A stretch of 64,000 nt of DNA from Phoronis australis (taxonomy: Eukaryota > Animalia > Phoronida), in assembly GCA_002633005.1 (NCBI GenBank), contig NMRA01000706.1, forward strand, positions 128,635 to 192,634. Direction: 5' to 3'. Below are positions 1 to 13,268 of the stretch, piece by piece. The notes beneath the pieces are model-generated. The model saw nothing but the letters and a program-made list of their open reading frames with translations. It ran no database searches and was not told where the DNA came from. A program made the position numbers and the translations under genes. How positions within the stretch are numbered: the stretch's first letter is position 1; every line of letters begins with the position of its first letter.

Positions 1-2012
1 CAAATCCCCAAGTCTTTAATTTGATTTTGGGGTTCGGTAGTCACACCGCCATTGTTATTCTAAAATAGTGCATCCAATTACATGACGAGAGGATCAGGAC
101 ATTGCTATCGATCCGATAAGTTGTGAATATGATGTCCTGTCATCGCGAGATAAGATACGGTCTCCATAGGCGGCGCAAAACAGTACAAATGTTTGTTAGC
201 GACGGGGATTATTATACGTGAAAATCTGTAAAATTTTATTCCGAATGGAAAGCCTGATCGGAATTTTCTATGAACAAGCATGTCTGATCATTCATATAAA
301 ATTCTGTAAGTCGTACCAAACAAAGTCTTCGTTTGGATATGCGGCCAGTTACACCCAGTAACCCAATGATACAGATTGTTGTCGCATAAATGTTAAAATT
401 TCGTGTTCCATACTGTACATGTTCATGTACATGTATATTGTGCCCATTTTGTCATTTGCTGTATCTGATGAAGCGATTTGAACCGATAATGCTGAGCAAG
501 AATAGACACAAAATGTCGCGATTCACTTGGTCTGTGACAGATTCTGTTCCAGTTTAATTTGAACAAACACTGTTTACAGGTTTAGGCACAAGTGATAACA
601 TCGTTGTTTGACATATCACATGGATGTCACTTGTCTTTATTTGCTATCCGACGAAGGTGTACATATCCAATTTGCAGGATAAAGACTGCCCCGGTTATTC
701 CTGAAGAGGGACCGTCAAGGATTTTTTACCCTTCATAGCCACCATCGTTTCTGTTTCAGATAAGGCTAAAAATCTTAGTTGGTTCTGGTCTCTACCCAGG
801 CTCAAGACATTTTGACACTTGCTCTCACTGACTAAAAAATGCCCGCCCTGCATCAATCTCAGCCATGGTTTGGTGTTTTTTTCGTTTTAATTGGCACATA
901 CATGTAAGCATAGGTAAGCAAGGTTTGAAATGCCATGATTTCCCGAGAGATGACTAAAAAATCCTGCCTCAGTTTTTTCCGTCTCGGGAGGTTTTTACTT
1001 TTTGGAGAAAGTGAGAAATTAAATATACAGCACGGCCGACTCCCTTTTTAACAAAACCAGTGCCTTGAGCCGAGATTTAATCATTTTACTAGACATCGAA
1101 CTCCAAAATACATTTGTCATTTTCTTCTCTTTAAAGATAATTGCTTCATTGTCCTGCGCTTGGGTATATTATAAACTATGCAAACTACTGTGTAGTACGA
1201 ATTCACACTTGGTGATTCCTATATTCGAGTTACAACTTTTACTGCAAACTCGATAGTTCGAGTTCAGACTCCAACGGATAGCTTAAACGCTGGGGTAATC
1301 AAGTGCAAATAGGATTACACAGATCTCCACCTAAACCATAATATACTCAACCACAGGATACAAGGCAATTATCGTGTATTCGTGCTAAAGTAGAACGGAT
1401 TTTTTTTAAAACAACTTCAATCAACTAAAAATATTAGATCTGCGGTCCAGAGCCAGCTGTTTTTCTCCAAAACTATGAAACACGTGTGATAATAAGAGAA
1501 AGAATTCTTGGAAACCCTAATGATAATTTGTAAAAAGTAACACGTTCGACAGCGAAATGAGAATGTTGTTTGAATCGCTCTCATAGGAAGATGACAAAAA
1601 GAAGTTTACAAAATAACGGTTTGAAGCAATGAAAAAACGACCCTAGTCTAATTGGAGTTGCCTTAGGCTTAATTTTAGGCCTGGGTTCGTTTTGGCTTTC
1701 AGGGATCAACTGATAACTCGTGCTACTAAATCTATACATCACAAACAATGTACAAATCGTGGGGAATCATCAAGACGCTATGACGTTAGAACAGGGTTAC
1801 AAAAAGCATTACGTATTCCCGGATTGAGTTCAGCATCCGGGGAATCTCAAATAGTAAGCACCATGGTTCATATTCGGAAAAAGGCATTTTATTATGTTTT
1901 ACCTTGCTCTAATTATATGCCAGGGCCTAACTAATAATTGTAATAAGAAAACCAAGAGTTTATGGTATGTCAATGGCACTGCTAATTTGCTTTGTAAGTT
2001 GTTGAGGTAAAA

Positions 2013-2250
2013 AGGTCCATGTCGCTCTGTTCAGCTGGCTGTGAAACGAAAGGCAGCTTGGAGGCATCTATTCTTATGAAATCGTGATAGCATTCTATTT
2101 CCGTTACCAACAAGAATATCGAAACCATCAGCGACTCAACAAAACGGTTTAGACTTTATTTGGCGTTTGTCAAAACTAAAATTGCGGAAATGGCGAAATG
2201 TTTCGTTTAATTATTTTACATTGGCAGCTGAACAGGGGCAAAATGCAGCT
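2013..2250. mobile_element. Non-autonomous TTAA-type DNA element (Kolobok-like MITE), diverged copy
   Basis: Right end GGCAGCTGAACAGGGGCAAAATGCAGCT is followed by TTAA (2251-2254). The degenerate left end (AGGTCCATGTCGCTCTGTTCAGCTGGC) is its inverted counterpart. The interior (ATCGAAACCATCAGCGACTCAACAAAAC) matches the copy at 10822-11020. Confidence 0.55.
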
Positions 2251-3545
2251 TTAATGGTGTCCTGTTTCTCATCTAGCCTCGCTTTTCTTTCACATGGAAA
2301 CCCTGCAAGTCAAGGACCTCGCTAATAATCAAAACTTCGCGTGATAAGTTGAAGTTTGCCAGTGTATCTATATTTGGTGGAGGTCTGTGTGAGTAAATTT
2401 CCGGTAACTAGGTGTTGATAGTGACACCCATTGAGAAGCACAGTTACTAATTTGCTTGTCCTTATGAAGTTACGGAGTCTCTTGAGCAATATGGCCGCCG
2501 GTTCAGTATTCTCCTAGCATTACAGATGCAATTGTTTTGAAATCAGAAGACGTGCAGTTTTATCTAGTGATAATAGTTCGCTATATCAAGTCACGTTGCA
2601 AATGGTCAAGAGTAATTTGGTGCAATAAGTTTACCAGAGCACAATTTTCATTTTTGGCTTTGAGCTATTCAGCAGTAGGCACTGAGAGGCTATTGACTGC
2701 AAGGCAACTTGCGCATATTCGATACCCGAAAATGTATATATCGTTAATTACCGCTACTTGGAGTGATTCTTTATCGATAATCGTATGCAGGATCCGGACA
2801 AAATTGTTCTGACTGGTTGGATCAAATAAAGCTTGGCGATGAAAACGATTTTGTCTGACAGGCACAGTACCCCACAAGTTATCAAGAAGTTAGATCTATC
2901 TGTGATTTGGGAAAAGTGAGACCCCAGGTCCAGATTTTCACTTTTTGTAGTTTAAGAATTGCACTCCAAAACAAACAACAAAGGGTCCTTTTAACTCAGA
3001 TAGAACACACAACATTTCACAATGACCAAATCCTACCCACCTCCCTCTGTAAACAATAATATTGCGTTATATTGCGTCACGATCATTGATGGGCAGATGT
3101 GATGTCACGCAGCCGTTGTTAGAGCCGAGTATGGCGAATAACGTTGACTTTTGAAATTCAAATTAAACCGATTTTTGTGCGCTATAGATCTGCATGGTAA
3201 CGCATCATGAGTATGGAAATACACAACACCACAGTGTCCTTGTACTATCTAAAAATTATTGCCCAAAAATCAATCGGTGCCCCAAAAATGTCTGAAACGT
3301 TGTTGAGGAACTCCATGCACCTGCAAGTACATCCGAAGTAATACTTTTTCTTGATACTTTTAAGCTGGCGTATGGACTTCAATGAGTGCATATGCGATAG
3401 TCGAATTTGTCTAAGGTATCAAATGTTAGGTTGAAATGTACGTTTATACATTATTATATTTCATAAAATAATTTTAGAGCCAATTGGATGTCGCTTGGAC
3501 GCACTCATTCAGAAGAATTCGTAAATTATTGACATTTGGGACGAC

Positions 3546-3630
3546 TAAAACAACAACAACAACAACAACATTACTAACAACAACCATAGCAACATCAATA
3601 ACAACAGCAGCAACAACAACAACAACATGA
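3546..3630. repeat. Imperfect (AAC)n microsatellite
   Basis: Runs of AAC/AGC triplets. They explain the spurious poly-Val ORF 3474..3665. Confidence 0.9.
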
Positions 3631-4479
3631 GAAGGACAACATATGACTACAGTTTTATTGTCCATGACTGCAGCACGCGTGTAAATTTAGTGAGCAAAAT
3701 TCAAAACAAACATCAAGAAATGGCAATTTTGATATTTAAACATTACCCTGACCGCAATAGAAACACAATTTACCTCATAACTTCTAAATAGTATTTCATC
3801 CGATACAAACTGAATATAACCTTCAAACTCGTTTCTGCAACCACAATTTTATTATACTACATAAAAACATATCAGATATCAGACATTATCATCTCATTTC
3901 TGAAAGCTGTAACCTACAAAATCTATAAGTTCAAGTAATAGAAAAATACAACACCCTAATGCCGACATACAATTAAAAGAGAACAATATTGGATTGACAA
4001 ATAAGAGACCCAGGAAGCAAATTGATTAAACAAAAAACTTACATTTCTATCCTCTTACGTTTTTCTTTCTGATGTCATACCAATCAAGATCTGACGTTAC
4101 GCTATATATCATCTTTCACTTATTAACTATCAGTTCACGTTAGGTTACATTGTTTTTTTTTCCGTTTTTTTGACAAAAGATATTTTAATATTCAAAAATC
4201 TCAAAATCGTTATTTTTGTTCATCTTTCTATTTTACAATTATGCCGGCAAAATTATGGATCGTGGTTACCTCATTAGGTACAGATTTGTATAATCATCTA
4301 AGAATTAGATAAAATACAAACAACCTCAAACAAAGAATGGGGATTGAACATTTTACCAATATCTAAAAGGTGTGGCTAAGATCAGCCTCCCAACTAGCTG
4401 TGCTTACACTAGCGGCAAAATATAGCTAAGGGATGATGCGCGAAAAACTTAAGTAATCTTCGAATTAAAAAACCACCTG

Positions 4480-5380
4480 GATAGCTCTTCTCGTCACCTC
4501 GTTATGAAACTTACATCAACATGTAATGCAATCGACCAGACGGGGTTTATTCAAGATCTGGGAGTCAATCAACATTCACCTTGCCCGTTACAGCTGTTAA
4601 AGTGAACTAATGAACGTCATTTTTTGCTTCACTTTTCCGCTTTTGTAAAAAGAAAAGTATGTCGTCGACTTCAAAACAAAATTATCCTGACGTCCTCAAT
4701 TTCTGCGAGATTTTGGGAAAAGGCGACATCGCCGAAGCAAAATTTTCTCAGAAATCAAACTTGCTGGAAATAAACGCATAAGTCATGTGCAACCAATCCC
4801 CGTAACTTGTTCAGGGCCCGGTCTCCAATCTTTATACTCGAAATGGAACTCGAAGTTAGGTTTGGCAGTTTGTACTAAACTTTTGGGCGAACTCAAGATG
4901 AGATAAGTGTCTATTATTCTATGCTCGAGTACACAATAACTTACGTAGATAATTTATTGCCCTTAGTTCACAGTTTGTAAACCCAATATTAAAGCAATAA
5001 GTTTGAGTTTGAACTCGAAATTTCGAGTTTTTACTCGAGTTTGTAGCACGAATATAAGGGTCTTCAAGGGGAAACTTGAACTAGAAACTCCTATGCATAA
5101 ACTATAATGTATTCGAGCACAGTCTGATATACAATTATCTTAAGTTCGCACAAAAGGAGCAGAGAAATTGCCAAAAAATAGTTTCGAGTTCGTTTCGAGT
5201 ACAAAGATTAGAGACCGGGCCCTGGACAGTACACAGTAGAATAACGGAACAACGGCAATTTTTAGTACCAGCTAACCATTTGCTTTACTGCTGGAAAAGT
5301 GTACGTTTCAACGACACAAGTTTAGTATCAGATTTGATTTGACCATATGTTTACCCACATCGTTCCACAACTTCATATTT
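4480..5380 (+). repeat. Extra diverged copy of the right arm of the 5405-6645 palindromic element, interrupted by a MITE
   Basis: 4490-4620 (GAAACTTACATCAACATGTA...TCACCTTGCCCGTTACAGC) matches 6010-6140. 5235-5380 (AGAATAACGG...TTTACCCACATCG) matches 6490-6640. Confidence 0.7.
4812..5224. mobile_element. MITE with ~30-bp terminal inverted repeats
   Basis: Left end CAGGGCCCGGTCTCCAATCTTTATACTCGAAA; right end TTTCGAGTACAAAGATTAGAGACCGGGCCCTG. Interior is rich in CTCGA/TCGAG motifs. No clear TSD. Confidence 0.8.
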
Positions 5381-5404
5381 GTACAGTTAGCCTTGGTGCA
5401 AAGC

Positions 5405-6645
5405 TGTTTACTAAATATACAGCTTTGCGCCGATGTAGGTAAAAATTGGCCAAATGAAAATGTGACACAAAATTAAGGAATGTCATCAAAATTTACACTT
5501 CACTTTGAGTAAACTAAATTATCTTCCGGTGTTAGAAATATTGACGTTTTACCGTTATTCTCCTACTAAAGCTGTGGAGCTTTCTTATGCGCCGCCATGA
5601 AATATGGCGTACGCTAACCTATTGGCCATTTTCTTCTTTGCCGATTCTCCATTCATTTGTTCTTCTTTCACGAGTTTGCGTACATATCACAACAAATTAT
5701 CAGAACTAGTTTCCTTTCGTTGTCAGATTTTAGCATTTCAACATCAGCAAACCGAATTTCAAAACAAACTTTGCTGCTGCGAAGGTGCCGTCATCTCCTG
5801 CACTGTATATATTAATATAAGTTTCACGACGAGGTGACGAGCAGAACTACCAGGGCTGTGTGAAATTTCAGGGTCTAACGGAGATCAACATACATTGGTG
5901 CCTAGCCAGCCAGCAAGCTGTGAAGACTATCGTCAATATACAGCTAGAAAACCCTGTATGTTGAGCTCCGTTACACCCCGAAATTTCACAGTACCCGGTT
6001 ACTTCTGCTAGTCACCCCATCGTGAAACTTATATCAACATGTAGAGCGAACGACTTGCCGGAGTGCACGCAAAATCTGGTAGTCAACCGACACTCACCTT
6101 GCCCGTTACAGCCGCTTAAGTGAAAAAAAATCTAATAAACGTCATTTTCTTGTATAATTCTCCGCCATTTGCAACAAAGAAAAGTGTGTTGTCGTTTTGA
6201 AAACAGTATGCTCGGGACATGCGCCTTTTCATAAATTCTTTGCAACATCTCTCGGGAGATGATGGCAGCCACTGAAATTTGTTCTGAAATTTTGTTTGCT
6301 GATAGCAAAATACAATAAACTTGTAACTAAATGAAACTAGTTCCGATGATTTGTTGTGACATGTACGCAACCTCGTGGAAGAAAAGAACAGGTGATTGAA
6401 GAATCAGGGATTAAAGAAACTGGCCAATATGTGACGCAATATTTCATGTCGCCAAAAGCCGAAGTAAAAGATCACACCGCAATTTTAGCAGCAGAATAAC
6501 GGTAGAACACCAATTTTTTCAACACCGGCAAATAATTTAATTTACTCAAGGAAGGGTGTACATGTAATTTTTAATGTCATTAATTTTGTGTCGGATTTTA
6601 TTTGGTCAGTTTTTACCCACATCGGTGCAAAGTTTGTATATTTAT
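5405..6645. mobile_element. Palindromic (foldback/MITE-like) element with ~500-bp imperfect inverted arms
   Basis: Near the centre, TGTGAAATTTCAGGGTCTAACGGAGATCAACATACA (~5860) is inverted relative to TGTATGTTGAGCTCCGTTACACCCCGAAATTTCACA (~5955). The outer arms 5405-5580 and 6470-6645 are also reverse-complementary. The right arm carries an extra ~130-bp segment. Confidence 0.7.
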
Positions 6646-7509
6646 TATTCAGTTTTGCCCCAAGGCTAAATGGTACCTAGCGGTATTTTGATGACAGTCT
6701 TCAGACAGCTAGCACACTCTCTAATCTATGATCTACCAAATGGATTTCTACATAATATATCCTAGTCTTTGTGGACAACCACTGTTAAATAGAGGCAAGA
6801 TACCATACGCACCTATATTCTAGGAATTATTGTCAACCAAAAGTAGTTTACATAACATTTTAGTATCCGCTGAGTTTAATTTCTTCCAAATGACGGTTCT
6901 ACGGATAGCGTGTGACGTAAAGCAAACGAAGAATTGTGGGATAGCCGCCAAGCAATCCCATGCGCCTACATGTTCTCGCGGGTCAGAATCTATCGCATGA
7001 TTACATCTTGCTGGGAAGGTAGTCACTTGAGCAGTCACTGGCTCCGTATGCACGGAAAACAAACCACTCAGTTGTGGAGAATGAAATTAATCTCACAATG
7101 CAATTGTAAAGTGTAAAAAGAACCCCAGTGTAGTGCAAAGGCAATTAAATTTTGTCCTATGTTAATGAACAATGCATTTGTTTTTGTTTAGAGAGTTAAT
7201 CCCCTTTTAATCACTTATAATCAATTTAAACCAGTTATCTGATTCGAAGTTATTATTGTTGTTTGAAGTTTGAGTGCACATTGGGTCACCCTGTATACAG
7301 AGTTTTTGGAGTTTTTCATGTTACGTTGCCATTGTTTCATAAATCAATCATTTTCTGCATTTTGCTTCTTCTGCCTTCTTCCGCGGGTACCATCAATAAG
7401 TCAATCCACCGAGAGTCTGAGAGACTGTAGACTCTAGACATGCCTGCCCTCTATTATCCAACAGCCACTCTTCTGAGTAACGTGCAGCTCTCACGCAAGT
7501 ATGTCAACA

Positions 7510-7545
7510 CTACGCCGTACTCGGCACCATAGCATACGCTTGGCC
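7510..7545 (-). CDS. MS4A/CD20-like tetraspan protein, probable last coding exon (GQAYAMVPSTA*)
   Basis: Strong acceptor TTTTTCCCTTCTTGTCACAG|GGCCAAGCG, phase 0 compatible with the previous exon, ending in TAG. Assigned by splice signal and phase only; an additional exon in the 3.6-kb intron cannot be excluded. Confidence 0.6.
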   Translation of the reverse strand, partial: GQAYAMVPSTA

Positions 7546-7836
7546 CTGTGACAAGAAGGGAAAAATGGTCTGAGTTATTAAACAGTAACTAGTACCAACA
7601 AACGCAAACAAACATAGTGAGACACGATTTATAAGTTCTGTCACTGAGGAGAATTTCATGAACTCTTACAACGAATTGTCACGCATCATCCGTACATGTA
7701 CATTAACAATCGATGGACGTGGGTAACTAAAAACGTGCTAACACCATTGGACAACAAGGAGCTAAATTGTTTTTTATGTTGAAGCTGGAAAAAGGTGCTT
7801 TGATTACAGATTCACGCATTAAATGCTTCACAGGTC

Positions 7837-8173
7837 CAGGGCCTGGGGTCTAATCCTTTTACTCACAGCCGATACTATTTTTATAATTGTCTATTCTACT
7901 TCAAACTCATAAAAGTGTCTTATTATTCTATGCTTGAGTTCATACTAGCTTACGTGGATAACTTTCTCATTCCAGTTTGCACTTGATGACCAGTTTTCAA
8001 TCAAGTTTGTATACGAATATAGGGGTCATCAGGTGCAAAACTGGACTTGAAACTCATAATGAATCATAATGTACTCGAGCACAGATTAATAGCCATATCT
8101 TGAGTTAACACAAAAAGGAGAATAGAAAGTACCAAATCTATTTTCTAGTTCGATTATTTGACCACGGCCCCAG
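7837..8173. mobile_element. Diverged copy of the CAGGGCCC MITE family (cf. 4812-5224)
   Basis: Starts CAGGGCCTGGGGTCTAATCCTTTTACTC and ends GACCACGGCCCCAG. Internal AAGTGTCT..TATTATTCTATGCT.GAGT and ACAAAAAGGAG match the 4812 copy. Confidence 0.65.
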
Positions 8174-10821
8174 AGTTCTACCTGTGTACTCAAAATCGAA
8201 ATACAGTAATTTGTTGATATTCTCAGATCTATACTTTTTGCTATTTCAAGATATTATAAGTTTCTATCATTCAATCATCTAGTACAGTATAATTTACGTA
8301 TATGTCCATCTAATACTAGCTTTCACTTGACGATCCCATAATCTAAGTTATAAGTTGAAATCTGAACTCGAAATCTCGAGTTTTTGCTCAAATTCTCGAA
8401 ATTTTCTTCGAAGTTGTAGCTCGGACCTAGAGATCTTCGCATGCCAGCAAGGATTAGAAACTTTTCTACGTAACCAATTATGTCCTCCTGTTCTGTACAT
8501 TAAACACATATCTAGGATAAAAGTAGACCAGACAATGTCAGAAATGAAAGCGCTCCTGTGGAGAGACCCTTAACGAAATGGACTGAAAATGAGTGTAAAG
8601 ACGAAGGCAGCAACAAAGAGGAGGACAGCGCCCACGACGGCAACGACGCAGCAGAGGCCAACCTCAAAGACCATGACACTGATGACAACACTGACAGTGC
8701 TAGTAACATGGACTAAGACGACGACGCCGCCTTCAACACTTATGACGACTTTGGTCACCGACAAAGACCGCGAATCTACAAATATTAACCACGAGTTTGA
8801 CATGAAACGTCTGCCAAAGTTGACTATACCAAAAACGGCAACGTCGTCTACGACGATTTCACCACAGTGCGCCTATGACACCGGCGAAGCCAAGGATGAC
8901 AACGCCGACGACACTGCAACTGCCAGCACTGTCATCGCTATCCTTCATCATAATTTTATCGTCGTGATTGCAGTCATCGTCATCACAATAATCATCATCA
9001 TCACTATCACCATATCACATCGAAACAAACAGAAATCAAAACTTGCAGAGCAAGATATAAGAAGGCGAGGCATGACTAGTCAATAAAATAACGGTCATCA
9101 GGAAGTCTCGAATGACTTGAGCCAGGAAAGCTGTATGCAAAAACGTATTCCACTCTTCACTTAACTCTTCACAAACAAACTTCTAAGTTAGGTGGCTCAT
9201 AACACAGGAAACCGATCAATAAAAAAACAGTTCTTTGAAAATCTCGAATAACTGAAGCACGATAAGTTATAGCGAGACGAGCTTGTCAAAGTTCCGTTAA
9301 CTTTTGACAACAACTATCTATATACCGAATTTCAGACAAATCCGTTAATCAACAGCAGCAGACGTAGAGCTCCGCGAACCAAAAATGTGAAACTGGCCCT
9401 CACATTGTCATCGTATGTCCAATTTCACTTCAAAACAGTAAATCGAGAGATGCAAAATTCTGCCTAAATTTCAGGTATCCGTGGTACTGTTCTGGAACTC
9501 TGGGCTGCTACTGCAAGCACTCCACCAACTTAGAAGCATCTGTTCCTTAGTCACCAGTAAATATCGAATAACTCGAAAGTAATAAATCGTTACAAGAAAC
9601 AAATTTCACATTAAAAGTAGCGCTTGACCAGATCGATTCAAATACTCAGTTTCAGAAACATCCTTCAAAAGACGTCGAAGCTATGGCACGAGAAATCAAT
9701 AACAAGCAGTCATCCAAAAATCTCGATTAACCCGAGAGTCGTAGCGAGTAAAGAACGAGAGAATTCGAAAAATGGAAGCCATAACATTTTTTCGAGTTCG
9801 ATCTCAACATAAAACAAAAGGGTCCAAAGTCTACCGTCCGAACTCGAAATCGAATTAATTTTCAAATTTTCTTTTCTACGTTTGTGCGAACTCAATATAT
9901 AAGTCTATCAATCTGTATGCGAGTGTGATAGGGTCCAAGCAGATGAGATTTAAGCCCAAGTTTGCACTTGACCACTCCAGGATTCGAGATACAGATTTGA
10001 GTAAAAACTAGAGATTTTGAATAAAAATTCGAAATTTCGAGTTCTACCAATTCTTTTTCAGAAATTTCTGACTTGACTTAAGTCTTGCACTGCAAGCCAC
10101 TTTCCATGAAACATGTCCCTTCACGGCAGAGTAATATACTTGGCGAATGCATTCCGTCAAGTAAAAATTTCGATTTATTTTGCGAGCTACAAAGGTTAGA
10201 TCCAGGTCCTAGAAGTGAAAGCTCTTCATCAGTACATGGTGAGGAAAAATTGTTTAGTCTGATCAAAGGTGATCATATCAAGCTATCTGCTAGTACACTT
10301 TCTTTGGATTTGAGTTACTTTGAAACAAATGTAGGTGTTCGAGGAGGAAAAAAGCGATTCGCAGACCATGGAAAGCAGCGACTCGCCTTCACAAGCAGAT
10401 CACTAACCCAAAAAATCTATATCCACAACTTCGTGAACTGTGTCTTGAGTACGCAATTCGTGACAAAACACCTGTTTCAGGAACGTCACTAGGTTTCTTG
10501 TTTTCGAGTCTATCGTTTTTTGAGTCATTTCTATCTAAATCCAAGATTAGCGTTTCGTTTTCCGTCCTCAAATTTGTGGTTGCGTTCCGCATGCTTTAGT
10601 TTCGACGTCGATTTAGTCAAAGTAAACGTGAAGAAACTTTTCAATCGTCTGAATCGACGTTTCACGAATGAATAAACTGAAGCCTATAAGTAAACTTGCA
10701 TGACTAGAGTAGAGTTTTATTACATTCTGGCTTCGAGAAAAAGTTTACACGGAATTGCTTTAAATATCGGTGTAACGTAGAACTGAATATGTGGCTATCG
10801 ACTGGGCCGGGTATTATTTAA

Positions 10822-11020
10822 AGCTGCATTTGGCCATGTTCGGCTACTTAAAAACGAAAGTGAAAACAGATGTAATACTATACCATACCTCCATAGGTTT
10901 CGTTTCTAGCAAAAAACATCGAAACGATCAGCGAATCAACAAAACAGTGCAGTGTGGTTTCTTCAAGCCTAAAATTACGAGTCGGTTTAAGAATTCAAGA
11001 TGCAGGGGCAAAATTCAGCT
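10822..11020. mobile_element. Non-autonomous TTAA-type DNA element (Kolobok-like MITE)
   Basis: TTAA|AGCTGCATTTGGCC ... GGGGCAAAATTCAGCT|TGAA: AG..CT termini in a TTAA-like target. Homologous to 2013-2250. Confidence 0.6.
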
Positions 11021-11117
11021 TGAAATACTACAACCGTATCCAATGGACTCAAACAAATTCTTAAGTCGTCACCATGTAGGTAAGGCATGGTCATAACCCC
11101 AGCGTACAACAACTTAC

Positions 11118-11243
11118 CCTCGGCTCACTCTTGATACAGCAACAGCAAATGCAGGCCGACACAATGGCCACGATTAACTGGACAAAAGCGAAGATGCCGG
11201 CCAGAGCAAATAGGATCCAGGTGGCGATGATGTAGGCGTCATT
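11118..11243 (-). CDS. MS4A/CD20-like protein, coding exon 4 (TM4 plus Cys cluster): NDAYIIATWILFALAGIFAFVQLIVAIVSACICCCCIKSEPR
   Basis: Acceptor TGTTTCAG, donor GTAAGT, 126 nt, open and phase 0. Hydrophobic helix followed by a juxtamembrane CICCCC, as often seen in invertebrate MS4A-like proteins. Confidence 0.88.
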
Positions 11244-13157
11244 CTGAAACAGTAATCACTAAATCATTTATGGTCTATGTCTTTGTGACATTGGTTTAGC
11301 TAAGTTCCGGCCAATCAAACTATGTGACATAATTACCAAAGTAAAGGAGGAAGTCCCAGGTTAAACGTATCTACATGTAAATCATGGTTTGAAAAGCCAC
11401 AAGTAAGATGAAATAAACTTTAGTAGACCATAACGCGGCGGTTCACCAACAACGCATTCTATAAGTAAAACCTGATTTGCGACTAATCGATGTGCATCCA
11501 TGACGATTGTCGCAACAGTCGCAACAATTCTACCATTTCGCTCTTTGAGTTAAGCGTACCTGATTAAGGTATTGTACAGGTGTAGGACGTTATCCACAAG
11601 TCTGCATATTTAGTTAAATAAGCGAACGTTTGATTAAGAACCCTTGTTGCCATGAAGTTTGCCTCAACTTGTTCCTCACTGAGAGAAGTGACAGTTCCCA
11701 CTTTCTTGAGAGCATAGTCAGAGCATAGAATGACACGCCGTGACAAATTCAGTGACTGTGCTTGATCTCAAGCAAAAGCGAATTGTCAGTTTGTTCGAAA
11801 CTCCAAAATCACATCTAATTTGAACAAGGAACATCTTGAGACTAATTATGTAAAGGTAAATGGTCCACATTAAAAGTCGACGCTTGCCTGATTTTAATTC
11901 AAGCACATTTCAACTATCAGATAGTGGACCAGATATTATTGTTTACCGGCATTTTGAAGTGCACAAATTCGAAGATCTAAGACTAAATTTCAGTGAAATG
12001 GAACCGAATGCATTAGGGAAGACTACCAGGATCAATGGTTATCGAGGGTGCTTTAGGGTGTAAGGGGGTCTCCTAACAGTTCAGTTTATTCTTAAACGCA
12101 AATTGTGCGGGATATTCGTTGCATAAGCTTGTCTTATATGTGTGTGCGCGTGCGTGTATAAATGACTTACGTCTTACGCAAACTGACAAATATGGTAGCA
12201 CGGCTTGGATCAAGCCACGTGTGGAAGGTTATGAGCACCCTATGTTGTCAACTGCTCATTTACTACATAAGCCAACACTTGCTCATGTTGCTCTTTGTGC
12301 AAAAGTAGTTCACATTTTGACAGCTACAACACGCAGTTAACGATCTATTTCGTGACATAAGCAGAGTGAATTTCTATCTTAGCGATAGAGATGCATCCTG
12401 CGAGAAGAGTTTATCACTTCAGTAAGGATCATACAGAGTTGACTAACCGTCCTCTTCTCTAATGGTGCGAGTTCAGAAAAAAATATTTTTTCTGATAATT
12501 AACTGTTTATTAGTCAACAGTGTTTTATTGAATGAGTTAAGGAACGTAAAGCTGACAGGCAAGCAAAAAGATAAAATTTCTTTCATTCAAGGACAGTTTG
12601 CGACGATGGACCTTTTTGGGTGGACATGTTCGTGGGAATCATTTGCTCATCCCTTACAAAATCATGACAATTTAACGGCATTATGTTAGCAAAGAATCTG
12701 TAAAAGGCTGGGACATTAGCCTACATGGCATTAATGAGCACAGCAAGCTGTCCATCCACAACTCTATGGATGTCTAGCGAAAAGGCCTATGTTGCAGCAA
12801 TATCGCAACGCTGCTGTTCTTACAACACAGGAAAGCTCGATACACAGTACACGGCGACATCTGCAGTTTGGTTGTGCTGGAAGAATCTGCAAAGAGGCTG
12901 CGATTGGGATTCTCGTGAACTTAACGCGGACCAAGCTTTAGTAAATCTACCCATGCAACAATGGGACGTAGCCGAAACTGTCCTGAGCATGAGCTGAAAC
13001 ACAGGTGTTAACACGCCACAACTGCCTTTGTTGGTTGGCCCTCACGTAATTTAGAAGGTTACAAGACTCGCCGAATTCACACGATCAATCGCCATATCAA
13101 ATTAAAACGTTCATTGACAGGCATCGCCACAGGTAACAAAATCAAATTTTTACTTAC

Positions 13158-13268
13158 AAAAGCTAACAATGAGTTGAGGTATACGAGAACGAAAGCTGAA
13201 CAAGCTAGTAACTGCGCAGGCGCAAAAATGATGGCTCCCAGTAACGACAGAATTAGAAAACTAACTCT
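13158..13268 (-). CDS. MS4A/CD20-like protein, coding exon 3 (TM3): RVSFLILSLLGAIIFAPAQLLACSAFVLVYLNSLLAF
   Basis: Acceptor CTTATTTTTCAG, donor GTAAGT, 111 nt, phase 0, hydrophobic. Confidence 0.88.

Noticed and set aside
8589-9086. 165-aa Thr-rich ORF with a hydrophobic C-terminal stretch (mucin-like membrane protein?)
   Set aside because: Built from degenerate (GAC/ACG)n and (ATC)n simple repeats, has no signal peptide, and lies antisense within an intron of the MS4A-like gene. Open frames on both strands are typical of low-complexity DNA.
12707-12800. AGTLAYMAL...SEKAYV resembling a kinase GTxxYMAPE segment
   Set aside because: No APE, DFG or HRD motifs and no supporting splice structure. 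Most likely chance.
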